From assembly GCA_951406725.2 (NCBI GenBank), contig OX597819.1, positions 42,842,001 through 42,906,000 on the forward strand: 64,000 nucleotides of DNA, in the 5' to 3' direction. Positions 1-12,803 of this stretch are shown here, piece by piece. Position 1 is the stretch's first letter. Every line of letters begins with the position of its first letter. The notes beneath the pieces are model-generated. The model worked only from the letters and a program-made list of their open reading frames with translations, was not told the DNA's origin and did no database searches. Made by a program: the position numbers and the translations under genes. This DNA is from Octopus vulgaris. Its lineage: Eukaryota.

Positions 1-140
1 ACACACACACCCAAGTACATTTATGCATATTCATATGGTCAAGTCTAACTGATGGAGGTTCCTTGAGAATTAGACAAGCTATTGGAATTAGTTCTGAAAA
101 ACAATATGAAACAAACTTAAAATGTTAGTTTAATTGAGAC

Positions 141-330
141 AGCTATTGTTCCAATTCATTTTGAAAATAATGAAGAATTTAGTAAAAATAGCTGTCAATA
201 TTAAGCTGATGTTTGAAACATAAATTAACATGAAATTTTTATGGAAGGTTTTAATTTAAATCAACTTAAAATAAGAAGTTTATTTCATACAACTAGGTGT
301 CGTTGCAAGCAGGCTGATATAGAAAAATTT
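141..330. mobile_element. Degenerate MITE family 1 body
   Basis: GAATTTAGTAAAA…ATTAAGCTGATGTTTGAAACATAAATT…GGAAGGTTTTAATT is shared with other copies, but the termini are eroded. Confidence 0.65.
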
Positions 331-654
331 ACAGATGTTAAATAGTAGGGCGTTATACTAATTACCTAATTATCAATATCAACAACTCAACAACAAAAGG
401 AAATGTAAATAAACATGAAAGAAAATATACACTATATATATATATATTCTTTTAAAAAATCACCTGAAGGCTTTAATTCAGTACTTAACCCCATTTGGAA
501 ATGGTATTTATTTTAAGTAAGGTAAGATGACCCCTAGTTATATGATATATATATATATATACATACACATATCATTGTTATAAATGGAGCTGGATAACAA
601 ACATTCACTATCTCAAAGCTTCCTATATGACCTTTTAAAGAACCAAAAGTTTAT

Positions 655-1345
655 TAGGGAGAGATAGATAGATCTCTCCCTAATAAACAGATAGCTGGAG
701 AGAGGGGGGGCTGGAGGGAGCAGGGAGGGAGAGAGAAATTAGAATCTTAACAGCAAGACAAGGTGAGACTGTCATCAGGCGGTGCTGCAACATAATTTGG
801 ATGGTTCGTTTCCTATTGTAAAGGTGCGAAATTGTACAAACATGTAACTGCTGAACCTTAACATGGAGACAGGAGTGTAGAGATGAACAGAGAGGAGGAT
901 AGGAAAGAGTAGAGAGAAGATGTTGAGACAGAGAGATAAAAAGAAAGAGAGGAGGAGGAAGATGAAACAAGAAGAAAAGAACCAAGAGAGCAGAGGGGAG
1001 GCTGGAGAACAGAGACAGAAGTGTTAAAAAAAACAAAAAACTAGACAATGAGACAGTGAATGTCAAGAAGACATTGATGGAGAATGAGAAGAAAGGAAGA
1101 AGGAGGTGATGGAGAGTAAGAGGGGAGGGAGGAAGGTTAGAGTGAGAGGGAGATCGAGAGAATGAAGCAAGAATATGAAAGAAAATGTGAGGGAGAGAGA
1201 GAGAGTTATATAGGGAATGAGTGAGGTTAGAAATGTTAAAGTGAAAGATATATAACAGGGAGAGAAGGGCTGTAGTGAGGAGATAAGGGCTGTCGTGAAG
1301 AGAGACAGACAGAGATGAGAGAGAGAGCATAAGTAAGCTGAGGGA
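655..1345 (+). repeat. Degenerate polypurine (GA-rich) tract
   Basis: Mostly A/G for ~700 nt. It produces the spurious L/S/F-rich minus-strand ORFs. Confidence 0.85.
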
Positions 1346-1527
1346 TATGAGTTCAATTCTGAAGTGAATCTAGGAATATAGATGGTTTCCAATGTCACTA
1401 CTTAGAAGGAATAATAGCAAAAGCTTGAAACCCGGAGACAAGTATGGAATAAACTTGAGAAATGGTAAAAAGGAGGAAGTTACAAATAGATCACCATTTT
1501 GTTTCTTTTTTTCCCCTACAAACATAA

Positions 1528-1743
1528 AGAGATCTTCATGCTGTTGCTGAACCTGTTAGAAATAGTAGCTAAATCTCTCTCAGATTCACATGCCATCATT
1601 TTAGAAAAATGGAAGGACACATTGGATATTGGAGTAACTAGAATAGAATAATTCCTGAAAAGATGGGATGGTCACAGCAAGAATGTCTTTGATTATGGGT
1701 CTGCTTGATCAGAACTGACTTGAGATTAAACAACAACAATAAC
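1528..1743 (+). mobile_element. Family D dispersed repeat with a (CAA)n tail (likely SINE/LINE 3' end)
   Basis: AGAAATAGTAGCTAAATCTC…GATGGGATGGTCAC…TAAACAACAAC. Related fragments lie at ~4200-4325, 14505-14625, 25315-25370, 26185-26280 and 53505-53680. Confidence 0.7.
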
Positions 1744-3131
1744 ATACATCGTTACATTGAAGAGGAGAGGTATATAGAAACGAGATAGAGATAGACAGAC
1801 AGATAGGTAGGTAGAGAGAAAGAGAGAGAGAAAGAGAAGGAATATTTCTTTTTCCCTTTAGAAGAGGAAGTTGGTGCGAAAACTGGGCAATAATGGCAGA
1901 ACAGTTTGAAGATGAAATAAATATTCACTTCAATGAATATATATCTATAAGGCTGTTTAAGTGTGTGTGTGTGTGTGTGTGTGTATGTCGGAGCGTATGT
2001 ATTTGTGTATACACATACCCATATAAATGTTCCCATATATACATACATACAAATGCGCACACACAGATATATATATATATGTATATATATAAAAAAACAA
2101 TCAAATATTATACTAATGCTACTATCATCACTATCATGAAACATAGCAACCCGACATTGCTAGCTATAAGCCAGCAATTTCACATAGGTGGTATACATAC
2201 ACAAACGCACAGTCCCACCACGTAAACACATACACACACAAAGGCATCTTACACCTCACTTATCTATATATGCCTTCTCTCCTCTTCCCCCCTCCCCCAA
2301 GACCTGTTTAACTATTCTGACAACTGATATAATAATCCTAATTTCTTCTGCTCCTGGCTGAGTCCCCCTGGATGGTCTTTATAACCTACAAAGTCATTAT
2401 TAAGAATTACCCAGCCAGGCCCAGAGTCCTTTCATCTTGTCTTTGATGTTTGCTTTCATCTTAGCTCAGTGATAAATGGAGGGGGAGAGGGGGAAGGTTT
2501 CCACCTCTTCTGCATCCAGAACACAAGTTTTGTGCGTGTGTGTGTGTGTGCGTGCATGCGTGTGTGTTTGTTTCATGTCTTTATGACTGTCTGTCTCTCT
2601 CTCTCACTTTCTCTTTCTCTCCATCCGTTGTATGCTCTCATATTACCCCTGCACACACACGCGCGCGCACACACACGCGCGCGCACACACACTCTCTCTC
2701 TCTCTCTCTCTTTCGCTTTCTCACACATGTAATGCATACGTATACACAATGCACACCGCCAAACTCATGTAGATATATATATACATCTCTCTGCGCGCGT
2801 GTAAGTGTGTGCACTTGTGCATGAAAGGGAATCAAGAGAGATGACTGAATGCTGTTTTCATCATGAAAGAGAGACCTAGGTGATAGGTACAATGAAGAAA
2901 GATCACCCAAATATGTGTACATGCAGGCACTCTCTCACCCTCATTCAAACGCGCACACACACATACGCACGCATGTACACACACACAGGCATGCATGCAC
3001 ATGCGCGCTACACGAATACTCGGGCCCATAAAAACACCAATCTATCAACTTCAAGAAAACAACTAGCAATTTAATTCAACCATTTATTACACATGTGCAC
3101 ACACAGACATCGATACACTCATGCACATATG

Positions 3132-3162
<31 letters not shown>

Positions 3163-4479
3163 CAATATGCTCATGCACACACATACACACACACACACAC
3201 ACAGAGAACATTCCTTGAAATTCTCATTTTAAAATTCATTTCATAAGACAGGCCAATGTTGCTGGTGATACAGAGTGTAGGATCTGAAAGAATGCACAAG
3301 TGTAAAATCAAAGATTGATGCATTAGCCGGCTTTGATGTCATTGATCTAGCAGAGCAAGACTAAATCAGTGGTAAGAGCGCCATGACTAGGTCTACTACT
3401 GCAACCACAGCTATTACCACAGCCAGCCCCCTTTCACTGCCATCATCATCACCACCACCTCACTACCCTGCTGCTATGAGAGCGGCTGTACTATGATCAA
3501 GCTACTGGAAAGAAAGATTGAATTACCGTTACCCTCCGATCCCCCCGCCCATCCATGGCCCACCTCCACAAAACATGCTGTACTGACGACCCCTCCAACT
3601 TGCCGACCCCTCACCAACCCCATTCTCTTTTTACAACGAAATATTAATTATAATTGAGTATTCTCTCTTCCTCTTTCTACACCATTCACCCCCTTCTCTC
3701 TTGAGTCAAGAGATAGTGAGTGGTCATAGCAAGATTGCTGTGGAGAGAGGGAGAAAAAGCGGGAGAGAGAGAGAGGTGTGGTGGTGGTGGTGGTGCTGGG
3801 AGATGATCTGTAAAAAGAATTCTGAGATCAGAGAGGAAAATTTTGCCCGTCCAGAGTGATGTCCCTTAGTCACATGAACAGGCATACAGGATAATAAAGC
3901 CTGCTAGATTTCACAATAGAGAACTTGATGCCGCACAAATGCAACAGTTGCTCTGTGTTATAATTGGTAAGCTGAGGGAGAGGATGATTTTCGTTTTTTT
4001 TTTGTTTCTCTCTCTCTCTCTTTTTTTTTTGTAAATATTTAATCGGTATATCAAGAGGATGAGCCTATCTAGCTTGTTGAAGGAGTAGTACACTCTGTAG
4101 AGATCTTTAGGTTGTCATCACTCAAATAACTAATGTAGACAGAATGCCTATCTCATTTGAACCATCCTCTCTGTAACATCACTCAACATGCCCAATGTAG
4201 CAATCAAATGTCTTTAAAAATGATACTATTAAGGTACACAGTAAAGATAGAATGACTCGGCTCCAATCAAGCAGATCTATAATCAAAGGAATTCCAGCAG
4301 TGACCATCCCTTCTTTTTTATCCGTTCTGTTTGAACAATGTGTGTGTTCAAGAAAATCTAACTCACTAATGCTTCACTCTTCCTCAAAAACAGTACCGGA
4401 GGCAACAAGGGAGTCTATATTGTAATTGTATGACTTGCAGGAAACAGTAGCCCAAATCACCCTCAATTCACACTTTTAA

Positions 4480-4703
4480 CTCTTTCCTTACTGTATTTAT
4501 TTTGAGATGCTCTATGTTTCTTTCAATTAATTTTTAATATAACAAAGAATTTAGTAAAATAACTTAGTTATCATTAAGCTAGTGTTAGGAACATAAATTG
4601 TGTGACTAAGGTTTGGTGGAAGATTTTAATTCAAAACTTATGAAAACAAGACATTTGTAATACAGAGCCAGAGGTGGTTTCAGCTGGGTTGATATCGAAA
4701 GGG
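4480..4703. mobile_element. TTAA-flanked MITE family 1 (piggyBac-like)
   Basis: TTAA|CTCTTTC…GAAAGGG|TTAA. Near identical to 40923-41143. Confidence 0.85.
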
Positions 4704-4772
4704 TTAAAAAGAAAAAATCAACATAAATGTGGAACATCTTTGACCAAGAACTAAACAACAACTACAATACAC

Positions 4773-5180
4773 AGGCACAGAACTGGCTGTGTGGTAAGTA
4801 GCTTGCTTACGAACCACATGGTTCTGAGTTCAGTCCCACTGCGTGGCACCTTGGACAAGTGTCTTCTACTATAGCCTCGGGCCGACCAAAGCCTTGTGAC
4901 TGGATTTGGTAGACAGAAACTGAAAGAAGCCCGTCGTATATATATATATATATATATGTACATGTGTGTATATGTTTGTGTGTCTGTGTTTGTCCTCCCA
5001 ACATCACTTGACAACTAATGCTGATGTCTTTATGTCCCCGTAACTTAGCGGTTCGGCAAAAGAGACCAATAGAATAGGTACTAGGCTTACAAAGAATAAG
5101 TCCTGGGGTCGATTTGCTTGACTAAAGGTGGTGCTCCAGCATGGCCACAGTCAAATGACTGAAACAAGTAAAAGAGTAAA
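4773..5180 (+). mobile_element. tRNA-derived SINE family A, full length (CORE-like domain, internal microsatellite)
   Basis: A-box-like TGGCTGTGTGG, B-box-like AGTTCAGTCC, CORE-like GGCACCTTGGACAAGT, internal (TA)n(TG)n and a GAAACAAGTAAAAGAGTAAA tail. Many similar copies occur in the window. Confidence 0.9.
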
Positions 5181-8100
5181 TAACAGACCTGCCTCAACAA
5201 TATGCCCAATAAACTAACAATATCTTCAACTGGAACATTACAAGAGCCATTCTGAAATGTTTAAAGACTTTTCAGAAGAACTAACCCTCCTAATTTCTGT
5301 GACTCATTGCATCAATGCCTTTCTCGAATTTCTGTTGTGTTAATCAAATTTTTTTTTTTTTTTTTTACTTCAATAAGATGCTAGCCCCTCCCAACCAAAG
5401 GAAATATTTTTCCTCTTTTTTTTCTTTTTTTATTTAATGTTTTTCGCTCATTGGTCTGTGACTATTCTAGAGTATGGCCTTCAAGGTTTATGGTCAACCA
5501 TATCGACCCCACTATTGATTTCCAAACGGTTCTTATTTTATTGATTTGTATTTATTGGATGACTAAGTCATGTTTTTGATAAAATAGGATATGACTCCAC
5601 ACACTGGTTTACACCAGTAAACAAGGACATACACACACACACACATAGATACAGAGGCATATACACAAGAACATGCATAAAGAGGTTCCGCACAGTTTCC
5701 ATCCATTAAATTCACTTCACAAGGTACTAGACAACCCAAGCTTACAAACAGAAGACAGATGCTTGCAAAGTGGAAATTCTCAACTTCATGGCTATGCCTG
5801 TGTCTTGAAGTTTAAAATTTAAAACAATTTCAGAATTATCTACATTGTATAATGCCAAAAATGTAATAATTGCTATGAGCTAGAAAGTCAGGGTGCTTCG
5901 AAGCAGGAATTTTATGATACCGGCAGTTATTGTCTTGTACTTTGTTCATGCAGACCTACTGAAGATTAGAGGACAAGGATTGTGTGTATACTTTTCTGTA
6001 TAAGACATAGATGGGACTACAAGACATAAGCATAGACATATACACATACATACTTAGAGAGAATAATTGAGATATACTAAATATTGTATATAGATAAAGA
6101 AGACATCACAAGCTTGAAGAAACAACTCAACAACTACAGCTGTTGATAATACTTAAAAAACAGAAAGGGATTTCTTATATTCATGCAAAGACACATGGAT
6201 GAGGAAATATTAATAAAGGCACTTGAACTGGTACCAGTACATAACTGGTACTTATTTTTTTCAAAACTAAAGAGAATGAAACAAAATAAACTCCAGGAGG
6301 ATCACTACTTAATAACAATAATTTTAACAGATGCACAAAATTACAGATTTTTGGAGAAGGTATAACCGATTCTATTGGAAACCCTAGTGTTTGGTTGGTA
6401 CTCATTTTATTCCCCTATTCTCCATCTGACAAAGATGAAAAGCATACTTGGTGCTGGTAGGATTTCAACTCAGAATGTAACAGGGTGTAAATTAAACAAC
6501 AAAGTATTTTGTCCAAAGCTCTTATCAATTGTTAGCTTGTTATGATGTGGGTATACATGTCTAGTGTAAAATGGTATTACACAAATAAATAGTTGGTAGT
6601 GGTTATCTAAAAGCAACCTATCAAAGAAATATATGTTAACAAAGAATGTACTCTCTACTACTTGAACGTAGGTATGATACTCAGTATTCACTGTTCTGCT
6701 ACCGAGTGTTAAACCAACATGGTTGAACTAACACCATCAACTACCCCCATTGACAGTTCACTCAACTCTTATTTACTCTAATCGGTTAGTGCACCTTCAG
6801 TCTCGTGGGGGTGTTCAGGATTCTTCCATAACATTAACCCACTTTCAATTCTACTTCTTTTAGCAGCTGATTCTAATTTAGGCAACAGGCCAGTAATTTT
6901 CAGAGAGAAGAGGGTTAATCAATTATATCAATAACAGTACTGGACTGGTTATTTATCTTATCAATGACAGAGGTATGAAAGGTGAAGTTGATCTCATTAC
7001 ATCTGAATTCAAAATGTAAAGTGCCAGAACAAATAATGAATAAAACGCTGCAAGACAATTTTTCCAATGCTCTGATGATTTTACCAATCCACCACAATAT
7101 TAATTATAATTGACACTATAATAATAATAACAACAATGACAACAACAGTTTGGTGAAAATATAATATTAAAACAGGTCTTAAGATTTTGCTCTTATATGT
7201 AAAAACACAATTAATTGACAATAGTAAAATATATCATATAAAAGCAATTCAACTTTTGTACCATTCTTTGAACTGTTGTTCTTTTAATCTTTATATTTAG
7301 TCTTAGACCAACCTCTACTGAAGAGGTTAGCAGCAAGGTGAAACTATTGATAGTATTTTTCATATATGGCAGAGGATTGTCTATCTAAATGCTGTGATTC
7401 AGCCAACAATGAACATAATTTAATTAGAATTCAAAGCTCTATTGTTGATAGTAGAACCAAAGTTGTCTTCGGTTTTGCTAGAGAATTCACAACAGAATTG
7501 AATAGAGAAAAGATTTGAATGGGCAGAATCATTAAATGTTACTGAATGTCTTATCTCACAGACAGCTTAAATAATGCAGTATAGACCTGAATGAAACTGT
7601 AGTAGCCAAGTGGAATTGAAACTGTAGTTCTGGAATCTATCAACTACTAATACATACATACAGATAGTTAGATATGCATGTGTGTGTATACATACACATG
7701 TATGTATGTATATGTATGAAATGAAAATTCCCCTGTCTGCGTGGAGGCACAGATATGCACAATGTGGGCAGCAATTTGATTATTTAATTCAATTCATGAA
7801 GCTGATATAGCATTATTGTTTCCATGATGATTCCCAATCAATGATAATAATCTCACTTGGAGCAGAATGAGAACAATTTTAGTGTCCTTTATTTTCTTTT
7901 TTTTTATTTTCTTTTTCTTTTTTCACATCAGCAGTCAGTCAGTCAATAAGTGTTTCGCAGCACACCACTAGTGAGAATACTTATCCCAGTATAGCTATCG
8001 AGAAATGTTTCATAATCAACAACAACACCAGCAGCAGTAGCAGTAACAACAACAAAAATCACTGGGATAATATTCAATCCTGAATTCTATCAATAATAAA

Positions 8101-8191
8101 GAACTGATACTAGGAGAAATGTTCTGATTTTGGAAATGCGTTTCTACTTATAAAGCTAGCACCAATAAATAAATAAATAGAATCAAGTTAT

Positions 8192-8330
8192 AGGTGCAAG
8201 CGTGACTGTATATGACCTTGAGTTCAATCCTACTGCGGGGCACTTTGGGTGAGTGTCTTTCACTATAGCTTTGAGCTGACCAAATCCTTGTGAGTGGATT
8301 TGGTAGACAGAAACTGAGAGCAGCTCATTA
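8192..8330 (+). mobile_element. SINE family A, 5' part, degenerate
   Basis: GAGTTCAATCCTACTGCGG...CCTTGTGAGTGGATTTGGTAGACAGAAACTGA matches the family. Confidence 0.8.
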
Positions 8331-9984
8331 TATTATATTATAGATGGATGGTTCAATTTGGACGGGGCTGGTAATTTTTCCCCAAGTGCAGAGTATGTTC
8401 TTTATCTGGACTGTTCCAGTGCATTTTGGAAGCGAACCATATGGGAGCTGTGAGATTTCAATACATGTGGTATGTGAAAGGACACACCTATGAGTATGTC
8501 CCTTCACTTTGGTGGGGGGTGCGATTCACCTGATGTATGTAGCAAATGTAAAAACTTTTTCCCTGGGTACATTGCCTGCGGAACCATTGCAATTGATAGT
8601 TGGAAGGTGGGAAAACTATGCACAGCAAAGGACCGAAAGAATTGGTCGCAGTTTGGGAAGCCCTGGCCCACCAATAATTCACACATGTAGCTGTTTTTAG
8701 TGGGTCAGAGGCAAAGCCCATGCACCTCCAGAATGGAGGTGTAGTGTTTAAGTATATTACTACAACAGATAACACTATAAATGACCGAAACAGAGGGTAT
8801 GTGAAAGAAGGAGAGAGAGAGAAAGAGAGAGAAAGAGCAATAAGTGTTTAACTTGTATTACAGAGCTAAAAGAAAAACGACAAACACACACATACACATA
8901 TATATTGTTCACAATGTAGCTGTTGTATTTTTGTTGGTAAATCTGCTGTATGTCTCTATGTTAAGATTTAAAACATAATAGGTGGCCAAGTGAAACAATG
9001 GCAAACTAAGTGAAAGTAGAGTACAATATCTTATAGGAGGAACATAAAGCTTAGAATCCACAATAAAAACTCTGTAAAGCATTTCAGTAGTAGCACAGGT
9101 GACATTAAGAAACAAAGGTAACATCTAAATGTCAAGTAGTCAGAATCATATACTGTATAATGGGGGGGATGGGTACTATAAAGCATGTGCATGTGTATTT
9201 GAGTGGTGTATGTGTGTGAGTGTGCATGTGTGCAGATGCACACGTATATGTGAACCAATGTCACATTGTGTATCTTTAGGAAAAGAATAAAAAAAAAGAA
9301 AAGAAAATTATTGCAAAGGTACTTAAGAGAAAAGAAAAAAAAATTAAGGAAAAAAAAAATTAAAGGTAGTTTTGGAATTATTTTATAGTCAACAGAAATT
9401 AATCTCGAATATTACACAAAACAAATATTACATAACAATAGTTTGGCAAATGCAAATTTAAAACAAAAGCATCTTCTTACATAAATTACAAAAGAAAAAA
9501 CATCTAATCCAAATTTGTGAGAATTTTGGGTTTTTTTTTTTTTTAACTTTCTGTGATAAGTACTAATGCTGCTTGGAAAATAAGCTGTTGCTAATTCCAG
9601 ATGCTGACATTTCGGTTTCTTCTACGGTGGCTGGTAACAATAAGAGTATTAGGAGAAAAATATATAACAAAACTACTGCAAGCATCAATGCAAAAGTCCA
9701 AATTTGCAGCATAATAGAAGGGTCATTAAAAATGGCTAGCTAATTCAAGGCAGGAAGATCAGGTAACAAGAAGGTTTTGAAGCCAGGGGAGAAATTGGAT
9801 GGATTTATTTAAAGATTCAGCTATGAAACAATATGAAGGGATAAAAGCAGCTCACAGTGTTTTTTAATAATAAATTTGTACCCTTGAAACAAAAATTTAA
9901 TAATATTATAAAAGAAATCATAAAACATTAGTGCTTAATCACAATTATTCTTTTTAATAATAATAAATCGTATTAACTTATTAA

Positions 9985-10350
9985 TCGCAGGCATAAACAT
10001 AGGTGTGTGATTAAGATGCCTGCTTCTTAACCACATGGTTCCAGGTTCAACCTCGGTGTGTGGCACCTGGTGTAGAGTGCCTTTTATTATAGTGTTGGAT
10101 TAACCAGTGTCTCAAGTAGAATTTGGAAGTTGATCATGTATGTGTGTGTGTATGTATGTATGTATGTATGTATGTAAACATACATGATCAGCTTCCTCAA
10201 CCACATGGTTTCAGTCTCTGTCCCAGTGTGTGACACCTTGGGTAAGTGTTCTCTACTATAGCTCAATGCCTACCAAAGCTTTGAGAGTGGATTTGGGAGA
10301 CAGACACGGAAAGAAAACATACATGTACATATAATTGTGTGTGTGTGTGT
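9985..10350 (+). mobile_element. Two tandem degenerate SINE family A 5' halves
   Basis: AACCACATGGTT heads at ~10029 and ~10199, each followed by a CORE-like segment and a microsatellite. Confidence 0.75.
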
Positions 10351-10829
10351 GTGTGCATGTGTTTTCACAATGGTGTGAATTGCTATCTTATTCAAAGTAG
10401 AGAGTTTTATATCTATATGCGTATACATACATGCATGCATACATACATTTAAATACACACACACACACCTCTGCAATACGCTCACTGTTATGAAGACGTA
10501 GAACGAAATAAATCACATATACCAAGTTGAAGACACAGTCCAAGAGTATGATTAACTGCAGTTTCTCCAGGTAAATTATCAAAATTGTCAGATGAAAGAC
10601 TAAGATATCAAATTCTCAAACTGCCTCTTCACCTTGACTTAAACTACGCACACACATGTATGTGTGAATATATGAATGGTAACTAAACACATTTAGTATA
10701 CATCAGATACTGTGGACATGGTCTATACATATAATGAATGACCTCTCTATATTAGATAAAAGAGTGCATGGCAGACACTGGGTTCTTGATATTATTATAC
10801 AAAAGGACTTGTTCCTTCGCATAGCTTAA

Positions 10830-11500
10830 CCCTTCTGTTAGTGTATTTCTATTGAAATATTCAACTGTTTGTGATAATTTTGAAAAGAAGAATTTAAAAT
10901 AAATTAACTGTCGTTATTAGTGTTAGGTGGCAAGCTGGCAGAATCGTTAGCACATCAAATGAAATGCTTAAATGGATTAACCAGTGTCTCAAGTAGAATT
11001 TGCCCGTCCTTATGCTCTGAGTTAAACTTCAGTTGGCTTTGCCCTTCATCCTTTTGGGATCAATAAAATAAGTATCAGTTGAACCGTGAGGTTGATGTAA
11101 TCGCCTTATCCTCTTACCCGACATTGCCGGCCTTGTGCCAAAACTTGAAACCTTAATTAAGCTGGTGTAAGGCAACAAGCTGGCAGAATCCTTAGCATGC
11201 ATTGAACAAAAAATGCTTAGTGGTATTTTGCACGTCATTAAGTTCCAAGTTCCAATTTCATTGAGGTTGACTTTGCCTTTTATCCTTTTGGAGGCCAATA
11301 AAATAAGTACCAGTCAAGTCTATTCCCCTCCCCTCAAAATGTCAAGCCCTGTGCCTATAGTGGAAAGGATTATTAAGCTGGTGTTTGGAACTTTAATTAT
11401 CATGAAATTTTGAGAGAAGATTTTAATTTAGATCGCTTCAAAACAGGAAGTTTTTATCAGAGACCTAGGGGTGATTTTAGGCATTCCGGTATCAAAAGGG
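10830..11500. mobile_element. TTAA-flanked MITE family 1 (older variant) interrupted by two SINEs
   Basis: TTAA|CCCTTCTG…CAAAAGGG|TTAA, with an empty-site paralog at ~12710. Confidence 0.85.
10925..11371 (+). mobile_element. Two tandem SINE family B copies nested in a TTAA MITE
   Basis: AAGCTGGCAGAATC heads at ~10932 and ~11177 and the central TTTGCC(C/T)TT(C/T)ATCCTTTTGG module. The second copy is flanked by the 13-nt direct repeat ATTAAGCTGGTGT (11156-11168 and 11372-11384). Confidence 0.88.
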
Positions 11501-11884
11501 TTAAGCAGATGCATATAGAATAAAAGACACCAGCAGCCAAGCACTCATTACCAATGTGAGAATACATTAGGATAGGAAATTTGACATTCAAAATAATCCT
11601 ATCTGTGTGTATATCTTTCACCAGTGTATAATAAAAACTGATTAACTAGAAAACCAATAAACCAGTACTTTTGAACAAAAATACCTTTTGGTATTTGTTC
11701 CACCCAAATTATCACTATTTCACTGTCATTATAAATGCAGTGACCCATTGGAAACCTGTAACCAAAATGTGATATAAAAATAATATAAATTAAGAATAGA
11801 TTGTGCTTTAACCACTTCTGCTGTATACTAAAGAATTTTATCATTTTCTGAAGGGAAGGGATATAGGGGCACCATGAAATAGCT

Positions 11885-12092
11885 ATTTCAAATTTTGGCA
11901 CAAGGCCAGCAATTTTAGGAGAGGTGGGTAAATCAATTATATCAACTCCAGGTACTTATTTTATCAACGCCCAAAAGGATGAAAGGTAAAGTCAACTTCA
12001 GCAGAATTTGAACTCGGAATGTAAAGATGGATGAGATGCTGTTAGGCATTTTGCCAAGCGTGCTAACAATTTTTGTCAACTTGTTACCTTAA
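11885..12092 (-). mobile_element. SINE family B
   Basis: AAAAGGATGAAAGGTAAAGTCAAC...GAATTTGAACTC is the reverse complement of the central domain and B box. Confidence 0.85.
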
Positions 12093-12552
12093 GGGGTACC
12101 ATGAAATATTAACACCGAAACAACATGAAATGAGGAAAAAAAAAAAAAAAAGTCCCATGAAAATTTTTTGCTGTTGCCTGTTTGCCTTATCAACACAGTA
12201 AGAGAGGCCATTGGGTTGGGAGGCACTTATCCCCAACATGCCACTTCATTCTTAGATGAAGAATGTTTCAAGATATGGGGGGGGGGGGGTGAGAAGGGGA
12301 AATCAAACTCCCTTCCACCCACACACCTACTGAAATCAAACAAAATAACATGGTAGCGTCATAAACGAACTAAATAATCCGTTTGTTTTGTTTAATTCTA
12401 TTTTGGAATAAAGGAATTTGCTGAAGTAGTTATTCCTACTGCTAGGAGTTCTAGCGGCAGCCCCTGGCTGGTTAAACATTGAGACTTCATGTTTAATGCA
12501 TGAAGTTCAATTTAAATACTGAAGAGGACAAGGAAACTTAACCTTTGCTGTT

Positions 12553-12803
12553 GACATTTAGTATGCACTAGACACTAGTTAGCTGAATACTTTGTGGAGG
12601 ACATGATTTCTACATATAATGACCTCACTATACCAGATAAAAGAAGAATGCATAGCAGTCATTGGGTTCTTGATACTATCAAGCTAAAGGACTTGCCCCA
12701 TTTCACATAGTTAAGTGGATGCATAGAGAATAGAAGATATTAGCAGCCGAAAGTTCATTATCACTGAGAGAACACATCAGGAAAGGAAATTTGACATTCA
12801 AAA
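12553..12803 (+). repeat. Diverged direct duplicate of 10688-10829 joined to 11501-11594
   Basis: Shared blocks ACATTTAGTAT, AATGACCTC, TGGGTTCTTGATA, AAAGGACTTG, GATGCATA and GGAAATTTGACATTCAAAA occur in the same order. Confidence 0.9.

Noticed and set aside
680-1398. 216-aa and 111-aa minus-strand ORFs
   Set aside because: L/S/F/P-rich translations of a polypyrimidine strand that lacks stop codons for compositional reasons.
1752-3074. Multiple overlapping ORFs rich in CV/HT/YI
   Set aside because: Translations of (CA)n, (TA)n and (CG)n microsatellites.
3319-3340. miR-2-like sequence AGCCGGCTTTGATG
   Set aside because: The seed (ATCACAG) is absent and there is no pre-miRNA-sized hairpin.
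4751-5014. Recurrent peptides such as YDGLLSVSVYQIHSQG / EDTCPRCHAVGLNPEPCG (also at 20819, 25076, 42633, 54812)
   Set aside because: Antisense translations of SINE-A copies, not a gene family.
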